From Eubacteriales bacterium (GTDB taxonomy: Bacteria; Bacillota; Clostridia; Oscillospirales; CAG-272): a stretch of DNA of 62,441 nucleotides. The notes under the pieces are model-generated. The model did no database searches and was not told the origin of the DNA. It was given only the letters and a program-made list of their open reading frames with translations. The translations under genes were made by a program, and so were the position numbers. The stretch spans positions 1 to 62,441 of the forward strand of contig JAZSRX010000006.1 in assembly GCA_045538685.1 (NCBI GenBank), in the 5' to 3' direction. Every line of letters starts with the position of its first letter. Position 1 is the stretch's first letter. Positions 49,301-58,224 of this stretch are shown here, in pieces.

Positions 49301-49648
49301 TATGATGTGAATATGGAGAAAGCAGATTCGCTTATTTCAGACTCTCTTGCAAAAAGTCTCATCAGGCGAGAGGGAGAGATGATCTGCACAGACGGTGACG
49401 AAAGGGCAACAATTGAAGTGGGAACACTGAGTAATGCCTTTAATCCGGGTGACCGTGTTGACGTTAATTCGCTTAAAGAGAAGGGAATTATTTCAAATGA
49501 AGTTGCTTATATCAAGATAATAGGAGGAGGCAACATTAATAAACCACTATCTGTATTTGCCAATGATTTCAACCTTTCCGCTGTAAAGATGATTGCACTT
49601 TGCGGAGGGGAGGCAACGAAAATTTTTACTTTTAAAGGCAGATCATAA
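46391..49648 (+). CDS. 1085-aa single-pass membrane protein: signal peptide, Ig-like/MBG-like repeats, TM helix, acidic linker, C-terminal uL15-like domain
   Basis: GGAGG RBS; promoter TTGAAG-17-TATAAT at 46321-46349; signal peptide ending VNA-E; PSKTVY..FDTSGL and YDG/NAGxY repeats; TM at about 48992-49060; C-terminal IKIIGGGNINKPLSVFANDFNLSAVKMIALCGG. Confidence 0.85.
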   Translation: MRKTIIVTVLFVLLIFAMTGVVNAEENVASSQTVSSLSVYTYPSKTVYGAFERFDTSGLSLRAVFSDGSEKILSGQDIRVSYSKDNCFRVGDDSVMLSYGGKEISIPITVNRIAYDISSLDLSEFSTVFNGVYQSYNRSVIQIVGLDGIALTIKISGGGINVGVYDINIDFSTESSDYLTPESRVISMTIEPATSEIIWETLSFVYDGKSKTPTAYYIDVNGARVYPTVNGGATNAGSGYLARVTVSDPNYKFSNTSVNYEIKKADYDFSGVSWSKDSFTYDGSTKSISATGLPPGVSIIGYSGDRGSESGIYTATAILMWDENNYNSPPPLTHTWEIKKAEYDISGVSFRSESFIFDGMMHYPTLVGSMPVGADGIALEYSFSAGACHVADGTVSVVINFHTASTNYNLPEPLYSSVSITPCGINIIWGETKLSYNGEEQTPLAYAEECLITVRGSAINTGKYVATATTENTDYYIKNDKIEFSIIKAQNYWTVLPADSVCYEGKEINITGESKFGDVVIRFFADKDCNEEISLPTACGKYYAILSVSESENFGGLISDVISFEIVEIVAVSFLGGIIKDNIKAFEKLGSGDFLCSVLNNDGSVSVVDSSLVSVIYQEGDSFRKNDKWVKLQYGSFVLTLSVNVGYADYDMSGVVWLNTTQIYNGSALMPQLSGLPSGVSVSEYIGTNNINAGSYTVSAKLNYDRENYNEPKLSSCIFTIEKCPVNIPIFTTVYNGKGQHPVSDSLLYTVVSGDEYINSGTYTVSVRINDTANYCFAENSGDNANAIFQINPATVYVTVKDTKLKLFEKLSDVEYIITSGTVYENDILTVSSIREGKNVTVRSENPNYSIIATPGKIIRLAYPTAGGAVIMALILLGVVLIVLIAGAVYRNRQHIVSRAAMAKCKWHNREYKAPPPREDLTSILRYDPPVNKNDDAFVEDEESDFEETKETEEPLPTDPEIDEETGTIGYDVNMEKADSLISDSLAKSLIRREGEMICTDGDERATIEVGTLSNAFNPGDRVDVNSLKEKGIISNEVAYIKIIGGGNINKPLSVFANDFNLSAVKMIALCGGEATKIFTFKGRS

Positions 49649-49668
49649 AAGGAAAAAGGCAAAACTAC

Positions 49669-49769
49669 TTGAAAAAATACGGCTTCTGTGTTAAAATTAA
49701 CCTATGGCCTATTTTAAAGATAATAAACTGTATCGGAGGTCAAAACTGACCTCCGATTTTTTGAGGTAA
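49669..49769 (+). promoter_or_regulatory. Promoter plus terminator-like leader with a 21-codon uORF before rluA
   Basis: TTGAAA-17-TAAAAT with extended TG; ATG at 49704; hairpin ATCGGAGGTCA/TGACCTCCGAT followed by T6. Confidence 0.55.
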
Positions 49770-49770
49770 T

Positions 49771-50469
49771 ATGATAGAAATCGTTAGCAAAACACGAGAT
49801 TATGTTGTTATTTATAAACCTGCCGGTATGCCTTCTCAATCCGATCCCAGCGGTGATAAGGATGCAATGACGGCTTGCAGCGAGCTTCTTCGCGAGAGCG
49901 GAGAGTCGGACGAACTATTTCTTATTCACCGTCTTGACCGCGTAGTTGGCGGTCTTTTGGTTTTCGCAAGAAATAAAAAAAGTGCAGCTGCCCTTTCGGA
50001 GCAGGTTGCAAATCGGAAGCTAATAAAAGAGTATTATGCCGTTGTTGAAGGATGCCCGGCGGGCGGTACAATGCAGGATTATCTTTATAAGGATGCAGCA
50101 TTGGGAAAGGCATTTATTAGCGACAGAAAACGTGCGGGAGTTAAAATGTGTGAGCTTGAATACGTTGTTTTTGATACCGTAAGTATTGGTGAACGTGATG
50201 TCTCCTTGGTAAAAATCTCTCTCAAAACAGGAAGATTTCATCAGATAAGAGCACAGTTCTCACATCGCAAAATGCCATTAATCGGAGATAAAAAATACGG
50301 CAGTCGTGATTTTAGGGCAAAAATGCCATCTCTTTTTGCTTCGCTTTTGTCATTTACTTACGGAGGTAAAGAAATCGCGGTTTCAAAGCTTCCTGAGCTT
50401 TCAAATTACCCCTGGTCACTATTTACGGAAGAAAAATACAAGCAGAACGGAAAACATTATGACCGATAA
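49771..50469 (+). CDS. RluA-family pseudouridine synthase
   Basis: KPAGMPSQ, HRLDRVVGG, TGRFHQIR and GDKKYG motifs. Confidence 0.93.
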   Translation: MIEIVSKTRDYVVIYKPAGMPSQSDPSGDKDAMTACSELLRESGESDELFLIHRLDRVVGGLLVFARNKKSAAALSEQVANRKLIKEYYAVVEGCPAGGTMQDYLYKDAALGKAFISDRKRAGVKMCELEYVVFDTVSIGERDVSLVKISLKTGRFHQIRAQFSHRKMPLIGDKKYGSRDFRAKMPSLFASLLSFTYGGKEIAVSKLPELSNYPWSLFTEEKYKQNGKHYDR

Positions 50470-51598
50470 ACTTTATTACAAAGACGCATATATAAAAGAA
50501 TTTTGTGCAAACATTCTCTCGGTAAAAAAAGCCGAGAACGGTTTTGATGCAGTTCTTGACAAAACCGCATTTTTCCCCGAAGAGGGCGGGCAGAGTGCAG
50601 ATACCGGAACCATCGGTTCTTCGAGGGTTCTTGACGTATATGAAAAAGACGGTGTTGTTCATCACATATTAGACACAGAGCCAACCGAAATTACGGTTAA
50701 TTGCAAAATAGATTTTGATGAAAGATTTGAAAAAATGCAATGTCACACTGCCGAGCATATTTTATGCGGAATAATTCATAAGCTCTTTGGACTTGATAAC
50801 GTAGGTTTTCATCTTGGCGATGACGAGGTTACTTTTGATGTCAACGGTGTTCTTGACAGAGCACAGCTTGATAGAGTGGAAAATCTTGCAAACGAAGCCG
50901 TTTTTTCCAACATAAAGGTTGAGAGCATTTTTCCCTCGAAAGAGGAGCTTTCCCATATAAAATACAGAGCAAAGCTTGATATTACCGAGGGGGTTCGTCT
51001 CATTAAAATCGGTGATGTGGATAGCTGTGCCTGTTGTGCTCCCCACGTTTCATATACAGGTGAGATCGGTATGATTAAGATACTTGATTTTATGAAGCAC
51101 CGCGGTGGCACTCGAATTTGGATGGTGGCAGGTAAGCGAGCCCTTTTTGATTACCGAAAAAGATACGAAAACATCAAGAAAATATCCGGATATCTTTCCA
51201 CACCTCAATCGGATGTGGCAGATACACTTGAAACATATATTTCGGATAGCGAAAACACAAAATCCGTTCTTAAAAATGCAAGACTTAAAATCGCCGAGCT
51301 GAATGCTGAGGCAATTGAAAAAAATGAGGGCTCTGCAGTATTTCTTTTGCCTGATTTCTCGATCCCCGAGCTTATTGCTTTTTCAAATATTGCAAATAAA
51401 AAGATCGGTGGAATAACGGTTGCACTTTCGGGATGCGAGGGCGACTATAAATATGTAATTTCTTCAAATTCCGTAGACCTTCGGGCAATATCGAAGGAAA
51501 TTAATTCTGCACTCTCGGGCAGAGGCGGAGGCAGGCCTGAAATGATACAGGGGTCTTTTGGTGCAACACTTGAAATGATAAAGAAATATTTTAAATGA
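50459..51598 (+). CDS. AlaX-like alanyl-tRNA editing protein with DHHA1 domain
   Basis: FFPEEGGQ, HTAEH, CCAPH and GRGGG motifs. Confidence 0.9.
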   Translation: MTDKLYYKDAYIKEFCANILSVKKAENGFDAVLDKTAFFPEEGGQSADTGTIGSSRVLDVYEKDGVVHHILDTEPTEITVNCKIDFDERFEKMQCHTAEHILCGIIHKLFGLDNVGFHLGDDEVTFDVNGVLDRAQLDRVENLANEAVFSNIKVESIFPSKEELSHIKYRAKLDITEGVRLIKIGDVDSCACCAPHVSYTGEIGMIKILDFMKHRGGTRIWMVAGKRALFDYRKRYENIKKISGYLSTPQSDVADTLETYISDSENTKSVLKNARLKIAELNAEAIEKNEGSAVFLLPDFSIPELIAFSNIANKKIGGITVALSGCEGDYKYVISSNSVDLRAISKEINSALSGRGGGRPEMIQGSFGATLEMIKKYFK

Positions 51599-51631
51599 AA
51601 AAAGGGTGTTGCCTTCGCAACACCCGAATAA

Positions 51632-52117
51632 TTATTTAAAGTTCAAAACTATACTTGCCTTTGTGGGCTTTATTTGTCTGTATTTCACACCTGCGGCATC
51701 AAGCATTTTTCTGGATGCGGTCATAGACGAGGTATCGTGATATTTGTCAGAGAGGAATATTACCTCTTTGATACCCGACTGAATAATTGCCTTTGCACAT
51801 TCGTGGCAGGGAAACAGTCCCACATAAACGGTTGAGCCGGCAAGCTTTTTGCCACTTGCATTAAGTATTGCGTTAAGCTCGGCGTGTACTACATACTGAT
51901 ACTTTGTCTCGCCCTTGGACTCGTCTCTGTTCCAGGGAAATTCGTCGTCAGAGCATCCCTGAGGGAAGCCGTTGTATCCGGTGGAAATTATGCGTTTGTC
52001 ACTGTCAATGATACAAGCACCAACCTGTGTACTTGGATCCTTTGATCTCTGGGATGCAAGAATTGCAACTCCCATAAAATATTCATCCCAGGATATGTAA
52101 TCTTTTCTCTTATCCAT
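51632..52117 (-). CDS. dCMP deaminase
   Basis: RSKDPSTQVGA, HAELNA and PCHEC motifs. Confidence 0.93.
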   Translation of the reverse strand: MDKRKDYISWDEYFMGVAILASQRSKDPSTQVGACIIDSDKRIISTGYNGFPQGCSDDEFPWNRDESKGETKYQYVVHAELNAILNASGKKLAGSTVYVGLFPCHECAKAIIQSGIKEVIFLSDKYHDTSSMTASRKMLDAAGVKYRQIKPTKASIVLNFK

Positions 52118-52198
52118 ACTAAAACTCCGAAAAAAGTATTTTACTTATTTTATCACAAAATATCATTTATGTCAACACAATTTTACATAGGAGGGGAA

Positions 52199-53089
52199 AT
52201 GGGCATTTCGGAATACAAAAATTGCCGTCTGTGTGCAAGAAATTGCGGTATAGATCGCACCGAAAAAATGGGCTTTTGTAAGTCGGGAACAGAAATGTAT
52301 ATTGCCCGAGCAGCCCTTCATTATTGGGAAGAACCGCCGATTTCAGGTACAAACGGATCGGGAACGATATTCTTTTCCGGCTGTTCGCTGTTATGCGAAT
52401 ATTGCCAAAATCGAGATATATCCCGAGGCAGAACGGGAAAACCCGTATCACCGGAAAGACTTTCTGAAATAATGATTAATCTTCAGGACGAAAAGGCACA
52501 CAATATTAATCTTGTTACTCCTACGCATTTTATACCGTCTATCGCCGAGGCAATAACACAGGCAAAATCTAAGGGACTTACAATTCCCATAGTATATAAC
52601 ACTGCAAGCTATGAAAATCCCGAGGCATTGAAAATTCTTGACGGACTTGTTGACGTCTACCTTTCGGATTTAAAATATTACACATCAAAGTTGGCATCTC
52701 TCTCATCTGCACCCGATTATCCTTCTGTAGCAAGAGCTGCTATTGATGAAATGTACAGACAGGTAGGCACACCCCGATTTGACGAAGAGGGAATTATGAA
52801 AAAGGGAATTATTGTCCGTATTCTTCTTCTCCCGGGGCACGTTGCCGATGCAAAGTTATCCTTGAAATATCTTGTGGATACTTATGGAGAAAACATTTAC
52901 GTCAGCTTGATGAATCAGTACACACCGATGGCTGATATGAAACCGCCGCTCAATCGCAGAGTCACCAGAGAGGAATACGCACAACTTACCGATTATGCAG
53001 AAAAAATCCGACTTGCAAATGGGTTTACCCAGGACTTTGGTACCGCAAAAGAAAGTTTTATCCCGTCTTTCGATAATACGGGAATTTAA
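52199..53089 (+). CDS. Radical SAM protein (PflX-like)
   Basis: CRLCARNC, HYWEEPPISG, CSLLCEYC and HNINLVTPTH motifs. Confidence 0.9.
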   Translation: MGISEYKNCRLCARNCGIDRTEKMGFCKSGTEMYIARAALHYWEEPPISGTNGSGTIFFSGCSLLCEYCQNRDISRGRTGKPVSPERLSEIMINLQDEKAHNINLVTPTHFIPSIAEAITQAKSKGLTIPIVYNTASYENPEALKILDGLVDVYLSDLKYYTSKLASLSSAPDYPSVARAAIDEMYRQVGTPRFDEEGIMKKGIIVRILLLPGHVADAKLSLKYLVDTYGENIYVSLMNQYTPMADMKPPLNRRVTREEYAQLTDYAEKIRLANGFTQDFGTAKESFIPSFDNTGI

Positions 53090-53120
53090 AAAAGACAGCT
53101 TCAATTTGAAGCTGTCTTTT
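53088..53120. terminator. Bidirectional intrinsic terminator
   Basis: AAAAGACAGCTTCA / TGAAGCTGTCTTTT. Confidence 0.85.
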
Positions 53121-53124
53121 CGTT

Positions 53125-54492
53125 TTAGGATTTTCTCTTTGCCTTATCTCTTAATCGGTAATCTTTTGATCTCTTTTTCTTGATATAAATATCATAAATA
53201 GCTATTGTAAGAACACCGACTACAATTACAATGCTGGTGATATGAACCCAGGGCTTTGTAGAGTTCTCTGTTTTCAGCGACTCCCAAAGAGAGTTTACGT
53301 GTGCTTGAATATCTACCTTTTCATCCTTGTAATAGTCCATATAGGCAGGATTGTAGGAATAATTCTCATTTGCCTCATCCTTGGTCTTGCCGTACAGAAT
53401 CTCCCACGCCGACAGATTGTCGGTATCGTAGTTGTTTGCCAGCATAGTCTTGTAATACTCGCTGTCTGTTACTGCTTTGTTTGGAGATGCATATCCGATG
53501 TAAAGAGCATTTGCCGTTGCGGCATCGCGTCCTATCATATAATTGATATACTCGTGAGCAAGATCGATGTTTTCCTTCTTTGCAGTTACGGGAATGCACA
53601 TAGCATCTACAAAGTAGTTTGTTCCTTCCTTAGGATAATAGAAGTTCAGATCCTCGTTTTCATCAGCCATTGTAAGAAAGTCGCCTGCATAGTAGGGAGC
53701 AATGTATGCCGACGCACCCTTCATTTTATTGAAGATCTCGTCGTTTACGTAGCCCTGCAGCAGGGGCTTTTGCTGCTTCAGAAGATCGAGTGCCTCATTC
53801 CATACATCAGGATCGTTTGAGTTTATATCCAGGTCGTTCCAGTACATTGCCGTACCGAAGGCATCTCTGGGGTTGTTAAACTGAAGAATTTTTCCCTTGT
53901 ACTTTTCATCCCAGAGGAGTCCCCAGCTCTGCTTAGCAATATCCTCTTCAGCGACAAACTCGTCGTTATAGATAATACCCAGCATACCGTAGGTGTAGGG
54001 AACGGAATATTCGTTGTTGGGATCGTAATCAAGGTTTTTGAATTCGTCGCTGATGTTCTTATAGTTCGTCAGCTTTGAATAATCAAGCTTAATCAAAAGA
54101 GGATCCGGTTCACCGTTTTCGTTTTTGTGGTTTATCATCTTCTGAATCATATAGTCAGAAGGAATAACTATATCGTATGCAACCGCACTGTTGGTGATTT
54201 TTGCATACATATCCTCGTTTGTAGCATAGGTGGAGTAACTCACTTTAACGTAGTAGCCGTATTTATGTGCAAGTTCCTCGTTAAAGTATGCTTCAAAGGC
54301 GGAATTAACGTCGATAAGACCGTATTCTTCGTCATCCTCGTCGGAGATGTATTCGCCCCAGTTGTACACATTAAGTGTTCGCGTGGGAAGATTGTTTCTT
54401 GTGTTTTCATCTCCGCCACCGCAGGAGCAGAGCAGTATGCAAAGCATACAAATAAGAGAGAGAAGAGTGATTAATTTTACATTTTTAATCAT
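53125..54492 (-). CDS. potD: Spermidine/putrescine ABC substrate-binding lipoprotein
   Basis: LNVYNWGEYI, TNEDMY, PSDYMI and PKEGTN motifs; extra C-terminal TM helix. Confidence 0.92.
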   Translation of the reverse strand: MIKNVKLITLLSLICMLCILLCSCGGGDENTRNNLPTRTLNVYNWGEYISDEDDEEYGLIDVNSAFEAYFNEELAHKYGYYVKVSYSTYATNEDMYAKITNSAVAYDIVIPSDYMIQKMINHKNENGEPDPLLIKLDYSKLTNYKNISDEFKNLDYDPNNEYSVPYTYGMLGIIYNDEFVAEEDIAKQSWGLLWDEKYKGKILQFNNPRDAFGTAMYWNDLDINSNDPDVWNEALDLLKQQKPLLQGYVNDEIFNKMKGASAYIAPYYAGDFLTMADENEDLNFYYPKEGTNYFVDAMCIPVTAKKENIDLAHEYINYMIGRDAATANALYIGYASPNKAVTDSEYYKTMLANNYDTDNLSAWEILYGKTKDEANENYSYNPAYMDYYKDEKVDIQAHVNSLWESLKTENSTKPWVHITSIVIVVGVLTIAIYDIYIKKKRSKDYRLRDKAKRKS

Positions 54493-55316
54493 GCCCGTCC
54501 TCCCTTCTTACGCTTTGCGTTATTGGTCTTCTTGAAGCTCTTAATATTCGAGATAATAAGGAGTGTAAATACCGTAACAATGATTATGGTTGAAAGTGCG
54601 TACATATCCGGCTTTACAGTCTTCTTTGTCATAGAATAAATGAGCAGGGGAAGAGTCTGGAAGTTGGAGGGGCTGACGAAGTATGAAATTACAAAGTCGT
54701 CAAGAGAAAGGGTAAATGCCATAACCATACCTGACAGAACTCCGGGCATAATATTGGGCAGTTTAACCTTGAAGAATGCCTGCATAGGTGTGCAACCAAG
54801 GTCGAGTGCGGCCTCGGTAAGTGATTCACCAAGCTCGTTTATTCTTGGCAGAACCGAAAGAATAACGTATGGCAGACAGAATGTGGTGTGGGCGATAAGC
54901 ATAGCTGCAAAGCCGATTGAATCATAATCCTCAATATTCAAAATGCCAACAACCGCAGCAAAGAACAGCATAAATGATACACCTGTAACAATATCGGGGT
55001 TCATCATCGGAACATTTGTAACAGAGTTTACCGCTTTTTTAATCCACTTACTTCTCATTCTGTAAATACCTTCTGCCGCAGCTGTTCCTATTATGGTCGA
55101 AAGAAGTGCAGATGATACCGCAAGAATAAGTGTGTTTCTCAAAGCGAGAAAAGCATCCTCGTCCTTAAACAGCTTCAAATACCATTCAAAGCTGAAACCT
55201 GTAAGGTTTGCTGTGCTCTCGGTGCTGTTAAAGGAGAAGAGTATAAGTGTGAGAATTGGAATATAAAGTATTGCAAAAACAATACAGAGGTAAATTCTTG
55301 ATGCGTATTTTTTCAT
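54489..55316 (-). CDS. potC: Polyamine ABC permease
   Basis: EAALDLG and AFTLSLDDFVIS motifs. Confidence 0.93.
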   Translation of the reverse strand: MKKYASRIYLCIVFAILYIPILTLILFSFNSTESTANLTGFSFEWYLKLFKDEDAFLALRNTLILAVSSALLSTIIGTAAAEGIYRMRSKWIKKAVNSVTNVPMMNPDIVTGVSFMLFFAAVVGILNIEDYDSIGFAAMLIAHTTFCLPYVILSVLPRINELGESLTEAALDLGCTPMQAFFKVKLPNIMPGVLSGMVMAFTLSLDDFVISYFVSPSNFQTLPLLIYSMTKKTVKPDMYALSTIIIVTVFTLLIISNIKSFKKTNNAKRKKGGRA

Positions 55317-56125
55317 ACGATAATACCTCCTTCATCCTCTTCGGTAAATCTGTTCATAATACCGATGGAAATAAGAATAAGTATCATCATTACAAGCGAG
55401 ATAGCACCGCCTACGTTATAAGCACCGGTAACGAACTGTCTTTCGATTGTGTCACCGATAAGCTCGAATGTACCGCCACCAAGCTTCTGTGAAATATAGA
55501 ATGTACTGATAGAAGGAACAAGAACCATAGTTACACCCGAAATAACTCCCGACATGGAAAGAGGGAAGATAACTTTGGTAATAACCTGGAAGGTATTACA
55601 GCCAAGGTCTTGTGCCGCCTCCCACATATGCTTGTCTATCTTTGAAATACAGGTGTAGATAGGCAGAACCATATAGGGCAGGAAGTCGTAAACCATACCA
55701 AAAATAACCGCACCCTTAGTGCCGACAATATGCATTGATGTGCCAAGGATTGTATTAAGCAAACCGCCGTCATCAAGTATTGCCATTATAGAGTAGGTTC
55801 TTATAAGAAGGTTTGTCCACATAGGAAGCATCAGGAGCATAACAAAAATCTTCTGATGCTGAGGTTTTGCTTTCGCCATTATGTAAGCAAGGGGATATCC
55901 CACAAGCAGACAAATAAATGTAGCAATTACGGAAAGCTCAATAGAGAGCACAAATATAGGAACGTATTCGCTAAGAGAAAGAATGTTTTCAAAACTGAAT
56001 GCTCCCGTATCATCCGTAAAAGCATAGAAAATTACTATGATAAGCGGCAGAACAATAAACAGAATAGCCCAGAAAATATGGGGAGCTGCCGCTATTGAAT
56101 GCATAACGGAACGCTTCTTTTTCAT
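55313..56125 (-). CDS. potB: Polyamine ABC permease
   Basis: LPMWTNLLIRTY, LPYMVLPIY and EAAQDLG motifs. Confidence 0.93.
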   Translation of the reverse strand: MKKKRSVMHSIAAAPHIFWAILFIVLPLIIVIFYAFTDDTGAFSFENILSLSEYVPIFVLSIELSVIATFICLLVGYPLAYIMAKAKPQHQKIFVMLLMLPMWTNLLIRTYSIMAILDDGGLLNTILGTSMHIVGTKGAVIFGMVYDFLPYMVLPIYTCISKIDKHMWEAAQDLGCNTFQVITKVIFPLSMSGVISGVTMVLVPSISTFYISQKLGGGTFELIGDTIERQFVTGAYNVGGAISLVMMILILISIGIMNRFTEEDEGGIIV

Positions 56126-56127
56126 CG

Positions 56128-57246
56128 TCAGAACTCCTCAGCAGTATCCGCGTCAGAAAGCTGGTCAAGCTCGTCCGAGAAGGAAGAATAGTCACCGAAT
56201 TTGCCGGAATATTTGGATTTTTTCATAATGTGAATGGCTTCCGGCTCGATAAACAAACCGATTGTCGCCTCAGGAGCAACGTAATCTGTGGACTGAATCA
56301 TCCACTTGAAGCCCTTGATATCCACGATAATTTCATAATGAACGCCCTTGAAGGTGACACTTGTTACCTTGCCGGTAAGCATACCCTTGTCGGGTTCAAC
56401 AACATCAACGTCCTCGGGTCTTACAACAACGTCAACCGGCTCGTTCTTTTCGTAACCGCCGTCAACACAGTCAAAGGTGTGAGAGGAAAAACGCACACGT
56501 CTGTCCTCCAGCATTATTCCGTCGATAATATTACTCTCGCCAATGAAATCTGCAACAAATGCATTCTTGGGTTCGTTATAAATATCGGTAGGAGTGCCGA
56601 TCTGCTGAATTTCACCGTCTGCCATAACAACAACGGTGTCGGACATAGAGAGAGCTTCCTCCTGATCGTGAGTAACGTAAACGAATGTAATACCGATCGC
56701 CTGCTGAATTGTTTTAAGCTCGTTCTGCATATCCTTACGAAGCTTAAGGTCAAGAGCACCAAGGGGCTCGTCAAGAAGAAGAACCTTGGGATGAGAAATA
56801 AGAGCTCTTGCAATAGCAACACGCTGCTGCTGTCCGCCCGAAAGAGTGCTTACACTCTTATTTTCAAAGCCGGAAAGAGCAACCATTTTAAGCATCTCGG
56901 TTACACGCTTTTTTATTTCATCCTCAGATTTTTTCTTAAGTCTGAGGGGGAATGCGATATTCTCATAAACATTAAGGTGAGGGAACAGGGCATATTTCTG
57001 GAATACGGTGTTAATATGCCTCTTATATGCGGGAACATCGCTAATCTCGACTCCGTCAAAAGAAAGAGTACCTTCATCAGCTGTTTCAAATCCGCCTATG
57101 ATTCGAAGTGTGGTAGTTTTTCCACATCCCGACGGACCGAGCAGGGTAATAAATTCGCCGTCTCGTATATACAGATTCATACTGTCAATAACCTTCTCGC
57201 CGTCATAAGATTTTGAAATTCCTTTCAACTCAATGAGCTTTGCCAT
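56128..57246 (-). CDS. potA: Polyamine ABC ATPase
   Basis: [30 protein letters not shown] and a TOBE domain. Confidence 0.95.
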   Translation of the reverse strand: MAKLIELKGISKSYDGEKVIDSMNLYIRDGEFITLLGPSGCGKTTTLRIIGGFETADEGTLSFDGVEISDVPAYKRHINTVFQKYALFPHLNVYENIAFPLRLKKKSEDEIKKRVTEMLKMVALSGFENKSVSTLSGGQQQRVAIARALISHPKVLLLDEPLGALDLKLRKDMQNELKTIQQAIGITFVYVTHDQEEALSMSDTVVVMADGEIQQIGTPTDIYNEPKNAFVADFIGESNIIDGIMLEDRRVRFSSHTFDCVDGGYEKNEPVDVVVRPEDVDVVEPDKGMLTGKVTSVTFKGVHYEIIVDIKGFKWMIQSTDYVAPEATIGLFIEPEAIHIMKKSKYSGKFGDYSSFSDELDQLSDADTAEEF

Positions 57247-57506
57247 TTTTTTAAAATCTCAAATCCTTTCCTGAAACACATAAAGTGTCCTTATTTGTCA
57301 ATACAAGTCAAAAACAGTCTATAGCTTGACAGCGTTAATTATAGCAAAAATATTTTATATTTGCAATAGTTTTATTATATTTTCTTTTCTTTTTTTTACG
57401 CGAATAACTGTGATTAGATGGATTTTGACGGATTTTTCTTGATAAAAATCAGAAAAAACTCGTTAAATCTCTTAAAATCTCCTAAAATCTCCCAAAATCT
57501 TGAAAA

Positions 57507-58127
57507 TCATTCTCCTAAGTCCGATTTAATGCATTTTAACATTGAGATGAAGAAAATTGCAAAAATCCAGTATCCTCCACCCTGTCTGCCGATCAAATAC
57601 AAGGAAAAAATACAAAATATAAAGATAAGCGATGCGGAAAGACGGTAAAGTCCGAGAAGCCATTTTTCTCCCATTTCTCGCTTTTGAATTATGGAGTAAA
57701 GTATTCCATAGCCATCATAACCCTCTATTGGCAAAAGATTCGAAAGGGCGGTTGCAAGATTAATAATAGATACAAGAGCGAAAAATTCACCCCAATAAAC
57801 AGACAGCAAAGCAGCGGCGACAAAGATAATAATGTTTAGAGCGGGTCCCCACAGATATGTAAAAATCATCTGATGATATGACAGCTTTTCATCCGTGCGA
57901 ATTCTGAATCCCGAGAGCACGGTTCGCATATTAAGAGAATTGCGTTTTGAATATATAATATAGCAAATATGTCCTATTTCATGTGCCAAAGCAGACAGTA
58001 TTGTAACGGTTGCCATCAGCGGCTCTTCAAAACCAAATATTAAAAATGCAAAGAAAAAAACAGGCAGAATACTGTTTGCCTTTTTTATAATCCATAAAAT
58101 ACCAAATGATTTGTTGTTCTTTTTCAT
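57507..58127 (-). CDS. M50 site-2 metalloprotease (SpoIVFB-like)
   Basis: HEIGH, GPALN and NLLPIEGYDG motifs. Confidence 0.8.
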   Translation of the reverse strand: MKKNNKSFGILWIIKKANSILPVFFFAFLIFGFEEPLMATVTILSALAHEIGHICYIIYSKRNSLNMRTVLSGFRIRTDEKLSYHQMIFTYLWGPALNIIIFVAAALLSVYWGEFFALVSIINLATALSNLLPIEGYDGYGILYSIIQKREMGEKWLLGLYRLSASLIFIFCIFSLYLIGRQGGGYWIFAIFFISMLKCIKSDLGE

Positions 58128-58224
58128 AATTACCTCTTAAAATTGATTATTACATTTTAGGATTAAAGAGGCAAAAAAATAACTCCCGCCACAGATGAAT
58201 ACGTTTATCAATAGCGGGATTTAT

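Noticed and set aside
49405-49648. The uL15-like segment as a separate rplO gene
   Set aside because: It is in one uninterrupted frame with the TM protein, lacks the uL15 N-terminal extension and has no rpmD/secY context.
56230-57216. 328-aa plus-strand ORF, and similar shadows over tig, ddh, rbgA, GH36, pepF and the aminotransferase
   Set aside because: Antisense to well-supported genes; explained by codon bias.
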